A DNA stretch of 64,000 nucleotides from a virus: the IMG/VR virus record IMGVR_UViG_3300021135_000003. One strand, 5' to 3'. A program made the translations under genes and the position numbers. Shown piece by piece: positions 1-10,199 of the stretch. Under the pieces are notes generated by a model. The model had not been told where the DNA came from, searched no databases, and saw only the letters and a list, made by a program, of their open reading frames with translations. Positions within the stretch are counted from its first letter, which is position 1. Each line of letters starts with the position of its first letter.

Positions 1-840
1 TATCTTCAACCAAAATCTTGGTTCAAACAATTTGATGTTATCTTTGGCGATGAAGCCCATCAATTTAAAGCGAAATCCCTTACTGGGGTTATGGAAAAGA
101 TGGATTCTATTAAATACCGTATTGGAACTACAGGAACTCTTGATAATAAGAAAGTTCATAAATTAGTTCTTGAAGGTGTTTTTGGTCCAGTGCATAGGGT
201 CACCACTACCAAGAAATTAATGGATAGTGGGAAACTCGCTGACCTAAATATCATGTGTGTGTTATTAAAATATAATGAAGAGATTCGTAAGGAACGTAAA
301 AATAAAACGTACCAAGAAGAAATGGATTGGCTAGTATCTTGTGAACCAAGAAATAAGTTTATCCGAAACTTGGCAGTAAATTCTAAAGGAAATACGCTAG
401 TCCTTTTTCAATACGTTGAAAAGCATGGCAAGGTTCTTTACGAACTTATTAAATCTAAAGTGCATGATAAAAGAAAAGTGTTCTTTGTTTATGGTGGCAC
501 TGAAACTACAGATAGAGAAGCAATTCGCCATATAACTGAAGGCGAAAGTGACGCTATTATTATTGCATCTTTTGGTACGTTTAGCACAGGGATTAATATC
601 CCATCATTAGAAAATGTTATTTTTGCTTCACCATCTAAAAGTAAAATACGTAACTTACAAAGTATTGGTCGTGGGTTAAGATTAAAAGATGGCAAAACTA
701 CATGTAACTTATTTGACCTTGCTGATGATTTACATTGGAAGTCTTGGAAGAATCATACTTTAAATCATGCAGCAGAGCGTTATAAAACTTACGCTGAAGA
801 AGAGTTTAAAGTTAAACTGGTTGAGGTAGATTTATGTTAA
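1..840 (+). CDS. uvsW: UvsW-like SF2 DNA helicase (5' end outside window)
   Basis: Frame is open from base 1 (…IFGDEAHQFK, DEAH box), then TTGT, TFSTGINIP and QSIGRGLR helicase motifs. Confidence 0.93.
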   Translation, partial: YLQPKSWFKQFDVIFGDEAHQFKAKSLTGVMEKMDSIKYRIGTTGTLDNKKVHKLVLEGVFGPVHRVTTTKKLMDSGKLADLNIMCVLLKYNEEIRKERKNKTYQEEMDWLVSCEPRNKFIRNLAVNSKGNTLVLFQYVEKHGKVLYELIKSKVHDKRKVFFVYGGTETTDREAIRHITEGESDAIIIASFGTFSTGINIPSLENVIFASPSKSKIRNLQSIGRGLRLKDGKTTCNLFDLADDLHWKSWKNHTLNHAAERYKTYAEEEFKVKLVEVDLC

Positions 841-1283
841 CTGGTAACGAATTCTATGTAGTAATGAAACTTACTACTGGTGAACAAATTATGGGTGTTC
901 TTGAACAAGAAGACTCAACGCACCTCCAAATAATTTCCCCAATGATTATTAGATCTATTCCTATTCCACAAGAAGGTAGAGAGCATATAACTGCTCACCC
1001 TTATTGCCAGTTCACAAACGACAATGTGTTTGATATAGATAAGAAAAATGTTATTTACATTAAACCTCTTAAAGAGATTATGATACCACATTATAAAAGA
1101 ATTGTAATGCAACATGAACGAGAAGATAGTGTTGAAGTTGCTACTGAGATAACAGCAGAAGAAGCGAGAAAACGAATTAGAATGTTAGCGGATATCTTTG
1201 GGGATGAATTAGATAGTGCTTTGGGAGAAGAAACAGAAAAAGAACCAAGTCACTTCGTAGAAGGAAACGATACTAAACATTAA
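834..1283 (+). CDS. Conserved T4-like hypothetical protein (Sm-like beta fold likely)
   Basis: MKLTTGEQI.G start pattern; usual position between uvsW and gp55. Confidence 0.55.
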   Translation: MLTGNEFYVVMKLTTGEQIMGVLEQEDSTHLQIISPMIIRSIPIPQEGREHITAHPYCQFTNDNVFDIDKKNVIYIKPLKEIMIPHYKRIVMQHEREDSVEVATEITAEEARKRIRMLADIFGDELDSALGEETEKEPSHFVEGNDTKH

Positions 1284-1306
1284 CTAATATCAAACCCGAC
1301 ATGGTT

Positions 1307-1335
1307 ATTATACCCACTGTTGGCGCACAAGGCAA
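1307..1335 (-). promoter_or_regulatory. Sigma70-type promoter on the minus strand (antisense to the upstream genes)
   Basis: Minus strand reads TTGCCT-N17-TATAAT (plus strand ATTATA 1307-1312, AGGCAA 1330-1335). Confidence 0.55.
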
Positions 1336-1371
1336 ATTTAAATGACTGCAAGATGCATAGTCAAATGAAGT

Positions 1372-1400
1372 TTGCCTTTTTTCATTATATAAGGTATACT
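1372..1400 (+). promoter_or_regulatory. Sigma70-type promoter for gp55
   Basis: TTGCCT (1372-1377)-N17-TATACT (1395-1400). Confidence 0.65.
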
Positions 1401-1437
1401 TACTGTATGTTGATAATTATAGGAAACAAATAATGCT

Positions 1438-2076
1438 ATGGCTCATTACGTAAACAATAAAGACTTTCTCGCAGCAATTGTTGAGATGAAAACAAAAGTT
1501 AAACATGCTGAAGAGAATGGTTTACCTAAACCAGTTATTAGTAATTATATCGGTGAGTGTATTTTAAAAATCGCAACTCATTTATCATATAAACCAAACT
1601 TCATTGGATATTCATATCGCGATGATATGATTCTTGATGGGATTGAAAACTGTATTCAGTATATAGATAACTTTGATCCATCTAAATCAAGCAATCCTTT
1701 CGCATACTTTACGCAAATTATTTACTACGCATTTTTACGTAGGATAGCCAAAGAAAAGAAACAGTCTTATATTAAAGGTAAGTTAATTCAGAACATGCCT
1801 TTTGAAGCATTTGAATTACAAGATCAAGATGATGGTGGTGAGTTCCATAACGCATATCTTGAATTTATGCAGCAGAATAATACGTTTGATGATTTTATCG
1901 GCAGGAAAAAAGAAAAAGCTGCCAAGAAAAAAATGGAAAATACACTTAACGCATTTATAGGTGAAGAACAAAATGTCAATGACGAGCAGAGCAGTGAGGG
2001 AATGGATACGGGACTTGTCGGTATCGACTCGATCTTATCCACCGATTCGGTCGAGGAAGAAAAACAGAAAGACTAA
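1438..2076 (+). CDS. gp55: Late transcription sigma factor gp55
   Basis: HYVNNKDF…YIGECILKIA…LSYKPNF..YSYRDDMI.DGIENC…NPFAYFTQIIYYAFLRRI.KEKKQ is the gp55 signature. Confidence 0.95.
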   Translation: MAHYVNNKDFLAAIVEMKTKVKHAEENGLPKPVISNYIGECILKIATHLSYKPNFIGYSYRDDMILDGIENCIQYIDNFDPSKSSNPFAYFTQIIYYAFLRRIAKEKKQSYIKGKLIQNMPFEAFELQDQDDGGEFHNAYLEFMQQNNTFDDFIGRKKEKAAKKKMENTLNAFIGEEQNVNDEQSSEGMDTGLVGIDSILSTDSVEEEKQKD

Positions 2077-3145
2077 AAAAACTATCAGAAAGTTTACTTG
2101 GGATGCTTCTGATAATATGTTTTATTTGAATAAGATTATGAACGAAAATACAAACGAAAAAATATTTTTAGGTGTTAGTGATTTTGATGATATGATTACT
2201 TCAGAAATTCTGAAGCGTCGTGTTGAAGCAGGAGAGCGCACTATCCATCGCGAAACTAATGTTCTTTGTAATAGAGAACACTGGGCTGAATGGGCTGAAG
2301 AAACTTTCAAGAACGACCTTCATGTGCAAGGTAATTCTTCTAATGGTTTTATTATTGAACGTGATACTAATAACTATATCAAGTTCGATGTTAATAGCAA
2401 TACAACTACTGTTCGTGCTTATGGTGATGTGCATTTTGCAGACGCTATTATTGCATTAGTTGAATCTAAATTTGATATTGTTACTTGTCACATCGAATGG
2501 GTTTATGGTGGTGATGGTCAATCAGTTAATGTTCCACTTAATCGCGATCGTTTACCTTGTGCTGAAATGTATCCTTTCTTAAAAGGAGAAACCCTTGAAT
2601 CATATTATGATCGTTACATGGAATCTTCTGCGAATATTCTTTTGTTAATTGGTCCACCTGGAACTGGCAAAACTACATTCATCCGTGGCTTACTTGCTCA
2701 CACAAACTCCTCAGCTATTGTATCTTATGATGCAGCAATCTTAGATAAAGATGGTTTCTTTGCTCGTTTTATTGAAGGAGACGAAAGCATTATGGTTCTT
2801 GAGGATAGTGACGCATTCCTTAAACCACGCAGTGATGGTAATACAATGATGCATCGTTTCCTTAACGTAGGTGATGGTCTTGTTACAACCAAAGGTAAGA
2901 AAATGATTTTCTCTACCAACTTACCATCTATCCGTGATATCGATTCTGCCTTGACTCGTCCAGGAAGATGTTTTGATATTGTTGAATTCAAACCACTGTC
3001 TTTGTTTGATGCTAAAAAACTAGCAGAAAAATTAGATGGTTCTGTTCCTGAAGTTTCTCCAGGTAAAGTTGTTGAGTTTTCTATCGCTGAAATCTTTAAT
3101 ACACAAACTAATAAGCCAACTGAGCGAAAGGTAGGGTTCATTTGA
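1961..3145 (+). CDS. AAA+ ATPase (start uncertain)
   Basis: Walker A GPPGTGKT, Walker B VLEDSD, SRH DSALTRPGR. Confidence 0.85.
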   Translation: MKNKMSMTSRAVREWIRDLSVSTRSYPPIRSRKKNRKTKKTIRKFTWDASDNMFYLNKIMNENTNEKIFLGVSDFDDMITSEILKRRVEAGERTIHRETNVLCNREHWAEWAEETFKNDLHVQGNSSNGFIIERDTNNYIKFDVNSNTTTVRAYGDVHFADAIIALVESKFDIVTCHIEWVYGGDGQSVNVPLNRDRLPCAEMYPFLKGETLESYYDRYMESSANILLLIGPPGTGKTTFIRGLLAHTNSSAIVSYDAAILDKDGFFARFIEGDESIMVLEDSDAFLKPRSDGNTMMHRFLNVGDGLVTTKGKKMIFSTNLPSIRDIDSALTRPGRCFDIVEFKPLSLFDAKKLAEKLDGSVPEVSPGKVVEFSIAEIFNTQTNKPTERKVGFI

Positions 3146-4197
3146 AAGTAGCAATTATTACTGATCAGCATTTCGGTGCTAGAAATGATAGTGTTGCGTT
3201 TTTAGATTTCTTCCAAAAATTCTATGACAATACTTTTTTTCCTACTCTTGATGCATCTGACATTGACACTGTTCTTATTCTTGGTGATACTTTTGATAGA
3301 CGCAAGTACGTCAATTTTTATGCTTTGGACAGAGCCAAGAAAATGTTCTTTGACAAATTGGAAGAACGTGGTATTACTGTTTATATGCTTGCTGGTAATC
3401 ATGACACCTATTATAAAAATACCAATGAAGTAAATTCTCCTGATTTGTTATTAAATGAATACAATAACATTGAAGTTATTGCTGAGCCAAAAACTATTAA
3501 CGTAAATGGCTTTGAGGTTTGTATGTTACCTTGGATCTGTCCTGAAAACTATCAACAAAGTATTGATGAAATAAAGAACACCACAGCTACGTTATGCATG
3601 GGGCATTTGGAGATTGCTGGGTTCGCAATGTATAGAGGAATGGAAAGTCATGAAGGATTTTCTGCAGAAATTTTCAACAAATTTGATTTGGTGTTTAGTG
3701 GTCATTATCATCATCGTAGTAACGACCGCAATATTTACTATTTGGGAAATCCGTACGAACTTACTTGGCAGGATTATAACGATCCCAGAGGATTCCACTT
3801 GTTCGACTTCTCTACAAGACAACTCGACTTCATTAAAAATCCTTATCGAATGTTCGAAAGACTCGAGTACACCGACAAGGAAACCGACCCGATCGACATT
3901 GATCAGTTAGAACTAAAAGAGAAATATGTAAAATTAGTTGTTTTGGAAAAAACTGATTTTTATAAATTTGACAAATTTATTCAGAAGTTATATAATAAAG
4001 GCTGCCACGAAATTAAAATTGTGGAAGACTTTTCTGAATTTGAAGCAGGTGAAATCAATGAGGAGATTAACTTAGAAGATACAGTTTCTGTTCTTTCTAA
4101 TTATATTGAATCAATTGAAACTGATGTTGATAAAGAAAAAGTTAAGTCATATATGCGTGGCTTATATACTGAGGCAATTAACATAGAGGTAGTCTAA
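3142..4197 (+). CDS. gp47: Recombination endonuclease subunit gp47 (Mre11/SbcD-like)
   Basis: TDQHFG, GDTFD, GNHD and SGHYH metallophosphoesterase motifs; upstream of gp46. Confidence 0.95.
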   Translation: MKVAIITDQHFGARNDSVAFLDFFQKFYDNTFFPTLDASDIDTVLILGDTFDRRKYVNFYALDRAKKMFFDKLEERGITVYMLAGNHDTYYKNTNEVNSPDLLLNEYNNIEVIAEPKTINVNGFEVCMLPWICPENYQQSIDEIKNTTATLCMGHLEIAGFAMYRGMESHEGFSAEIFNKFDLVFSGHYHHRSNDRNIYYLGNPYELTWQDYNDPRGFHLFDFSTRQLDFIKNPYRMFERLEYTDKETDPIDIDQLELKEKYVKLVVLEKTDFYKFDKFIQKLYNKGCHEIKIVEDFSEFEAGEINEEINLEDTVSVLSNYIESIETDVDKEKVKSYMRGLYTEAINIEVV

Positions 4198-4499
4198 TGA
4201 GTCAATTAGAGATTCAATATTTCTTTCCACTTACGGAACAGATTGAACTTGATTTAGATTTTTCTCAGTGTTCTCCGCACCAATATTATTATCGTGCTCA
4301 AGGTATAGCTGGTCTTCATGGACCAATTCCTGTTGGTATGCAATACAGAAATGCTGTACTTGTTAGTGATGGTGGAACAGGAGCAACTTGGTCTCAACGT
4401 ATTGGTGAATGGGAAATTCCCAGTGAAAAAAAACAACCAAGCAAACTTCAAAAGTTTATGATGAAGTATTTCTTGGGTTGGAAATGGATGGGTAAATGA
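4197..4499 (+). CDS. Hypothetical protein inserted between gp47 and gp46
   Basis: ORF with overlapping stop/start codons on both sides. Confidence 0.6.
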   Translation: MSQLEIQYFFPLTEQIELDLDFSQCSPHQYYYRAQGIAGLHGPIPVGMQYRNAVLVSDGGTGATWSQRIGEWEIPSEKKQPSKLQKFMMKYFLGWKWMGK

Positions 4500-6208
4500 T
4501 TGTATTTAAAAGTGTAAGCTGGAAGAACTTTTTATCAACTGGCAACTCACCCAATAAAGTATTACTAAACAAATCTCAAACTACTTTAATCATTGGTAAA
4601 AATGGTGAGGGTAAAAGCACAATCTTAGATGCTTTGTGTTTTTCTTTATTTGGTAAACCATTTCGTAATGTTAATAAAGGTCAGTTGGTTAACTCTATTA
4701 ACAATAAGAATTGTTTAGTTGAGGTTGAGTTTGATATCAATGGTAAAGAATATAAAATCATTCGTGGTATAAAACCAAACGTCTTTGAGATTTGGTGTGA
4801 GAATGAAATGATTAATCAAGATGCTGCTTCTCGTGATTATCAAAAGATCCTTGAGCAACAAATCCTAAGATTAAATTATAAAACTTTTACCCAAGTTGTT
4901 ATTCTTGGCTCGGCATCTTTCGTTCCATTTATGCAGTTATCTTCATCGCAACGTAGGGAAGTTATTGAAGATATTTTAGATATTAGAATTTTCTCTACAA
5001 TGAACTTGCTATTGAAAGAAAAAGCGCAGGAGACTAAAGATGCCATACTACGGACTGAGAGTGAAATTAAAAGCGCAAAAGATAAGGTTGAAAATCAACA
5101 AGCGATTATCAAAACGATCACGGAAGCGAAAACTGAAAGTATCAACAATATCTTATCAAAGATATCTGCGAACAATGCAGAGATTTTACACACAGAGAGC
5201 GAGATCGAACTTATCGTTTCGGAGATCGGTACTCTTAAAGCAAGCATCAATGATAAGGAAACTGTTACTGATGACATTGAAAAAGCAAAATCCTTTAAAA
5301 GTAAGTTGCTCCAAAAGATCGAAACTTGCGAGCATCAGTCAGAGTTTTTTAACGAGCACGATGTTTGCCCTTCATGTGACCAAGGTATCCCAGAGGAACA
5401 TAAATCGAAAATTGTCGAGGAACTTAATTCAAAGTTGCTGGAACAAAATGGAAAAGTTAGCGAACTCGAAACAATCCTATCCAGCCTTAATGAAAAATTA
5501 TCTGTCATTGCTGAAGTACAATCAAAAATTACCGAAAAAAATATTGAGTTATCTACAAGAAACTCAGCAATCACCCTCCTCAACAAACAAATTAAAACGC
5601 TACAGGACGAAGCTGAAAGCGCAAAAACTGATACGGCAAATATCGATGAGGAGAAGAACAAGTTAAAAGATCTAGCAAAAGATGCGCTAGATAAAATTGC
5701 TCAGAAGAATCAACTGCAAGAACATCGCAACATTGAAGAAGTTGCTAATGTGCTTTTGAAAGATACAGGTATTAAGACTGCTATTATTCGTGAATATCTA
5801 CCAGCAATGAATAAGTTAATTAACAAGTATCTGAACGCAATGGATACTTACATTCACTTTGAACTTGATGAAGCGTTCAACGAAAAGATTAAATCTCGTT
5901 TCCGTGATGAGTTTACTTACGCAAGTTTCTCTGAGGGTGAGAAAATGCGCATTGACCTTGCAATTCTTTTTACTTGGCGCCAAATAGCAAAAATGAAAAA
6001 CTCAGTTAATACTAACCTACTTCTACTCGATGAAATTTTTGATTCAAGTTTAGATACAGCAGGTACTGATTATTTCCTAACCCTAATGAATCAGTTTGGT
6101 GAAAATTCAAACATCTTTGTTATTAGTCATAAAGGTGATCAGTTGTTTGATAAATTCAGATCTGTGATTAAATTTGAAAAACGAAACGACTTTTCAATTA
6201 TCGTGTAG
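4496..6208 (+). CDS. gp46: Recombination ATPase subunit gp46 (Rad50/SbcC-like)
   Basis: GKNGEGKS Walker A, CPSC zinc hook within coiled coil, FSEGE signature, LLDE Walker B, ISH. Confidence 0.95.
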   Translation: MIVFKSVSWKNFLSTGNSPNKVLLNKSQTTLIIGKNGEGKSTILDALCFSLFGKPFRNVNKGQLVNSINNKNCLVEVEFDINGKEYKIIRGIKPNVFEIWCENEMINQDAASRDYQKILEQQILRLNYKTFTQVVILGSASFVPFMQLSSSQRREVIEDILDIRIFSTMNLLLKEKAQETKDAILRTESEIKSAKDKVENQQAIIKTITEAKTESINNILSKISANNAEILHTESEIELIVSEIGTLKASINDKETVTDDIEKAKSFKSKLLQKIETCEHQSEFFNEHDVCPSCDQGIPEEHKSKIVEELNSKLLEQNGKVSELETILSSLNEKLSVIAEVQSKITEKNIELSTRNSAITLLNKQIKTLQDEAESAKTDTANIDEEKNKLKDLAKDALDKIAQKNQLQEHRNIEEVANVLLKDTGIKTAIIREYLPAMNKLINKYLNAMDTYIHFELDEAFNEKIKSRFRDEFTYASFSEGEKMRIDLAILFTWRQIAKMKNSVNTNLLLLDEIFDSSLDTAGTDYFLTLMNQFGENSNIFVISHKGDQLFDKFRSVIKFEKRNDFSIIV

Positions 6209-6406
6209 TTGGAATTCCTAAGTCAACTCCTTCCAAAACTTATCTCTATGGTTTTATCTTGGATAGACCATGGGAATCTCCGCAACCGAGTCTATGAGTT
6301 GCAAGATCGGCTTGAAACCCTTGAGATCGCTTTAGAGGATATAGAGCGGATGAATAAAGACCCTAAGATCCATAGGGTTATTCAGAACACTAAAAAACCC
6401 TTATAA
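6209..6406 (+). CDS. Small hypothetical coiled-coil protein
   Basis: 65-aa ORF directly after gp46. Confidence 0.4.
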   Translation: MEFLSQLLPKLISMVLSWIDHGNLRNRVYELQDRLETLEIALEDIERMNKDPKIHRVIQNTKKPL

Positions 6407-6480
6407 ATCAACAACTTACGATTATAGTCAAATTTCGCTTTACTTTTACAAAAAGATGGCGTATAATAGTTGTATAAATG
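6391..6480 (+). promoter_or_regulatory. Early promoter cassette copy 1 (IHF-like box plus TTTACT-N17-TATAAT)
   Basis: AATCAACAACTTA 6406-6418; TTTACT 6439-6444; TATAAT 6462-6467; similar cassettes at 8.9 and 18.4 kb. Confidence 0.8.
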
Positions 6481-6497
6481 ATGAAAAGGTGATAAAT

Positions 6498-6656
6498 ATG
6501 TGGAATGAATTTAATGATTTTGAACTAGCCCAGTTGGCTGGTCAATATGGTCTAGAAGACTCATTAGTTTTCTCAGGTGAACTTTCCTTAGCAAATCGTG
6601 CTGAAGTTGAGTCATTGCTGACTTTAGCAGAACACGATATGGCGTTTGGAGAATAA
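6498..6656 (+). CDS. Small early hypothetical protein
   Basis: ATG after AAGGTGA SD, just downstream of the early promoter. Confidence 0.55.
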   Translation: MWNEFNDFELAQLAGQYGLEDSLVFSGELSLANRAEVESLLTLAEHDMAFGE

Positions 6657-6657
6657 T

Positions 6658-8838
6658 ATGGATATCAAAGCATCAGATCTTTCCGCACGTCTTCTTGCTA
6701 CTGAAAATCTTTCAGTGCAGCGTGCTAGAACTCGCACTGCATCATTCGATGTAAAATCCCGTGTACTAACACTACCTCTTTGGAAAGATATGACTCCCGA
6801 GATTGAGGACATGCTTGTTGGTCACGAAGTCGGTCATGCATTATATACAACCGATGAGTATTTTGTTCCTATTAAAGATAACTCAAAAATAATGACCTAC
6901 CTCAACGTACTTGAAGATGTACGTATTGAGAAAATGATCAAACGTAAATATCCAGGTCTGCGTAAACGTATGAACGAAGGATATAAACAACTCAATGATC
7001 GTGACTTCTTTGGCGTTAAACAAGTTCAGAATTTCAATGACTTATTGTTGATTGATAAAATTAATCTATACTTTAAAGCAGGATTTTCCTGTGGCGTTAC
7101 TTTTGACGCTGATGAAAAACCATTCGTCAATCGTGCTGAACGTACTGAGACTGTTCAAGAAGTTATCGATTTGGCTGAAGAGATCTGGGGTTACTCTAAA
7201 CAAAAATTAGAGGAAAAGAAGAAACAGATGCTTGAACAAAATCCTGAAGATCTCGAGCCAACTGACGATGAGCCTATGGGCGAGTTCGATGATTCGGATC
7301 TTGACTATGATGATTTTGAAGAATCAGAAGATCAAGATGATTCTGACTTGAAACCTTCTAGCCAAAAATCTGCTTCAAACGAACAACGTGAAGAAGATAA
7401 ACCTGATGAAACAACTTCTTCAGTTGGCGATCAAGAACTTGAGTCAAAGACTGAGAAAGCATTCTCTGAGAAATTAGAAGACCTTGCTGATGAGAGCAAT
7501 GAATATCTCTATCATGAATTTGATACTGATTATTTTGCTGATCCAGTAATCGGTTATAAACAGGTACTCAATGAGACTAAACAATATTGGGTTACTGAAG
7601 ATAACCTTATTGAATCCGCAAAAATTATTGCTGAAGAAAATAGTAAATATGATAAGTTCAAAACCGAGACTACACGTGCTGTAAATTATCTCGTTAAAGA
7701 ATTTGAGATGCGTAAATCTGCTGCACTATACAAACGTGCTCAAGTAGCAAAATCAGGTTCTCTAGATATGAAACGTGTTTGGTCATATACCCTCAGCGAT
7801 GATATCTTCAAACGTGTTACAATCCTTCCTGAAGGCAAAAACCATGGTATGGTTTTCTTGCTTGACTGGTCTGGTTCTATGGATGGTGTTCTTGAAGATA
7901 CTTTGAAACAGGTTATCAATTTGGCTATGTTCTGTGCTAGAATCAATATTCCATATCGTGTTCTTGCTTTTACTTCTCAGTACAATGATCGTAAATATCC
8001 TACTGAAGAAGAACGAATTAAGAATCGTCAGTGGGCTGTTAATAAAAATGCACGAAATGAAAACAAGAATATCTTGAGCAATGTAAGTAATAATTTTAAT
8101 CTTCTAGAATTATTCTCCAGCAAAATGAGCACTAGTGAATTCCACTCTATGGCAAAACGTGTTTTGAATACACGCAAATTCCAGTGGAACGATGGGTTCT
8201 CTACTGGTGGAACTCCACTCAATGAAGCATTGGTTTGGATTTACCTAAACATTGACAAATATATCAAACAAAATTCTATTGAGAAAATGACTTTGATTAC
8301 TTTGACTGATGGCGCTGGTGGACCATTGTATTCTTCTCGTGGTCTTGAAGATCAGAAATATGAATATGGTTCTGATGGCGTTACGAAGAAAGTTAAACAG
8401 AAACACTTTATTCGTGATACTGTTACTCAGAAGACTTATCAGTTGTCAAGATTTGCTGGTGTTCAAACTGAAACCTACCTGCGTATGATTAAAGATCGCC
8501 ATAATATTATGATTGTTGGTTTCTATATTTGCGCAAACCGCAGACGTGATTTGCAGTGCGCATTGAATGATAATTTACCAAATTATAATGGTAATTCTAC
8601 TTTCCAGATTGATTCTTGGAGGAAAGATTTCCGTGATCAAGGGTTTGCTTCAATTAAGAATACTGGTCGTGATGATTTGTTTTTGATTCCTCAAAGTTCA
8701 ACGAAGATTGAAGAGGGTGAGTTAGATGTAAAAGCCGATGCGAATGCAAAGGTTATTGCAAAGAATTTCAGTAAATTCCTCAACATTAAGAAAACCTCCC
8801 GAGTGCTACTCAATAGGTTCGTGGGTTATGTTGCGTAA
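6658..8838 (+). CDS. CobT-like protein: N-terminal HExxH metallopeptidase-like domain, acidic linker, C-terminal vWA domain
   Basis: HEVGH; D/E-rich linker; LLDWSGSM (MIDAS), GGTPL and LTDG; adjacent to a MoxR ATPase. Confidence 0.85.
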   Translation: MDIKASDLSARLLATENLSVQRARTRTASFDVKSRVLTLPLWKDMTPEIEDMLVGHEVGHALYTTDEYFVPIKDNSKIMTYLNVLEDVRIEKMIKRKYPGLRKRMNEGYKQLNDRDFFGVKQVQNFNDLLLIDKINLYFKAGFSCGVTFDADEKPFVNRAERTETVQEVIDLAEEIWGYSKQKLEEKKKQMLEQNPEDLEPTDDEPMGEFDDSDLDYDDFEESEDQDDSDLKPSSQKSASNEQREEDKPDETTSSVGDQELESKTEKAFSEKLEDLADESNEYLYHEFDTDYFADPVIGYKQVLNETKQYWVTEDNLIESAKIIAEENSKYDKFKTETTRAVNYLVKEFEMRKSAALYKRAQVAKSGSLDMKRVWSYTLSDDIFKRVTILPEGKNHGMVFLLDWSGSMDGVLEDTLKQVINLAMFCARINIPYRVLAFTSQYNDRKYPTEEERIKNRQWAVNKNARNENKNILSNVSNNFNLLELFSSKMSTSEFHSMAKRVLNTRKFQWNDGFSTGGTPLNEALVWIYLNIDKYIKQNSIEKMTLITLTDGAGGPLYSSRGLEDQKYEYGSDGVTKKVKQKHFIRDTVTQKTYQLSRFAGVQTETYLRMIKDRHNIMIVGFYICANRRRDLQCALNDNLPNYNGNSTFQIDSWRKDFRDQGFASIKNTGRDDLFLIPQSSTKIEEGELDVKADANAKVIAKNFSKFLNIKKTSRVLLNRFVGYVA

Positions 8839-8940
8839 GTTATTGATTTAGAAGGGGATTTTAATCCCCTCAAGTTTGTAAGGTTATACAAAATATCGCT
8901 TTACTTTAATTGCGAACTGGCGTATAATAGTTGTATAAAT
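8834..8940 (+). promoter_or_regulatory. Early promoter cassette copy 2 (IHF-like box inverted)
   Basis: TAAGTTATTGATT 8836-8848; TTTACT 8900-8905, N17, TATAAT 8923-8928, then AGTTGTATAAAT. Confidence 0.8.
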
Positions 8941-8974
8941 TGATTGATTATGTTGTTTTTTGAAAGTGAGTTAT

Positions 8975-10138
8975 ATGATGGCTAAGATTGACAGTGCGTT
9001 TCAGACCGAGTTTGAGACTAAACTTTTTGAATTATTCCCTGATGTGAAAACCGAAGGACTTGTGCAAAATGCGCAGTTGCTTGAAACGATGCGTGCTCTT
9101 AATACGAAAACCTCACCCAAGTGGTTGATGGTGAATAAAGTAAGTCGTGGTTTGTATGCGATCGATGGTAGTAAACCTATGGTCGTTGGCAATACTGCTT
9201 TGAAACCCCAACCAAAGATTGAATCATTTACAGTGGATTATAATAATACATCATCGTTGATTCCTGCGAAGGATCCAAATTTTGTTCCTTTCGGCAACTA
9301 TGCTGACTTGGAAAATATTATTAAGGCGAAGATTTTCTATCCAGCCTATATCAGTGGTCCGACTGGGAATGGCAAGTCAACTATGATTGAGCAGATTTGT
9401 GCCAAACATAAGCGTCCATTGATTCGTGTTAACTTGAATATGATGACTGATGAGGAACAACTCATCGGTACGAAAACCCTCGAAGACGGTAACGTGCTTA
9501 TCGTTGAAGGTCCAGTTCTTATCGCTATGCGAACTGGTTGTACCTTATTGCTTGACGAGATTGACGCAGGCTCAGCAAATACTTTGCTCTGTTTGCAACC
9601 TATCCTTGAAGGTAAACCCTATTACTTCAAACTTAAAAACGAGATGATCGTTCCTGCTCCTGGATTTAATATTTTCGCTACTGCGAATACTAAGGGTAAG
9701 GGTTCAGATGATGGTCGTTACATTGGCACGAACGTCTTGAACGAAGCATTCTTGGAACGATTCGCTGTTACGTTTGAACAGGATTATCCTAATGCTAAGA
9801 TTGAACAAAAGATTATTGAGAATCTGATGGAAACCTACGAATGCAAAGACGTAGAGTTCGCAGAGACATTGGTTAAATGGGCTGACGCAATCCGTCGCAC
9901 GTTTGCTGATGGTGGTGTGGATGAAACTATTACGACTCGTCGTATGATTCATATTGTTCGTGCGTTTGCAATCTTTAAGAAGCGTGAGAAAGCAGTAGAA
10001 CTTTGCTGCAATCGATTTGATTCTGCAACAAAGACTGCGTTCATTGACCTATATGATAAAGTTGCAAATCCTGCACCTGAGGTTCCTGCAACACCTGAAG
10101 TTGCTATAACACCTGCAAGTGATGAAGTGCCATTTTAA
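8975..10138 (+). CDS. cobS: CobS-like MoxR AAA+ ATPase
   Basis: GPTGNGKS, LLLDEID, TANTKGKG, NEAFLERF, ITTRR; family typical of T4-like aquatic phages. Confidence 0.88.
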   Translation: MMAKIDSAFQTEFETKLFELFPDVKTEGLVQNAQLLETMRALNTKTSPKWLMVNKVSRGLYAIDGSKPMVVGNTALKPQPKIESFTVDYNNTSSLIPAKDPNFVPFGNYADLENIIKAKIFYPAYISGPTGNGKSTMIEQICAKHKRPLIRVNLNMMTDEEQLIGTKTLEDGNVLIVEGPVLIAMRTGCTLLLDEIDAGSANTLLCLQPILEGKPYYFKLKNEMIVPAPGFNIFATANTKGKGSDDGRYIGTNVLNEAFLERFAVTFEQDYPNAKIEQKIIENLMETYECKDVEFAETLVKWADAIRRTFADGGVDETITTRRMIHIVRAFAIFKKREKAVELCCNRFDSATKTAFIDLYDKVANPAPEVPATPEVAITPASDEVPF

Positions 10139-10140
10139 AC

Positions 10141-10169
10141 TTGCTTTGCATATTAAATCGTAGTATAAT
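10141..10169 (+). promoter_or_regulatory. Sigma70-type promoter
   Basis: TTGCTT-N17-TATAAT. Confidence 0.6.
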
Positions 10170-10199
10170 ATTATTTGAAATTGAAAAAGGAAATTGATT

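Noticed and set aside
6658-10138. Cobalamin biosynthesis (cobS/cobT)
   Set aside because: No cobN or other cob genes are present; this is the generic MoxR/vWA pair common in T4-like phages.
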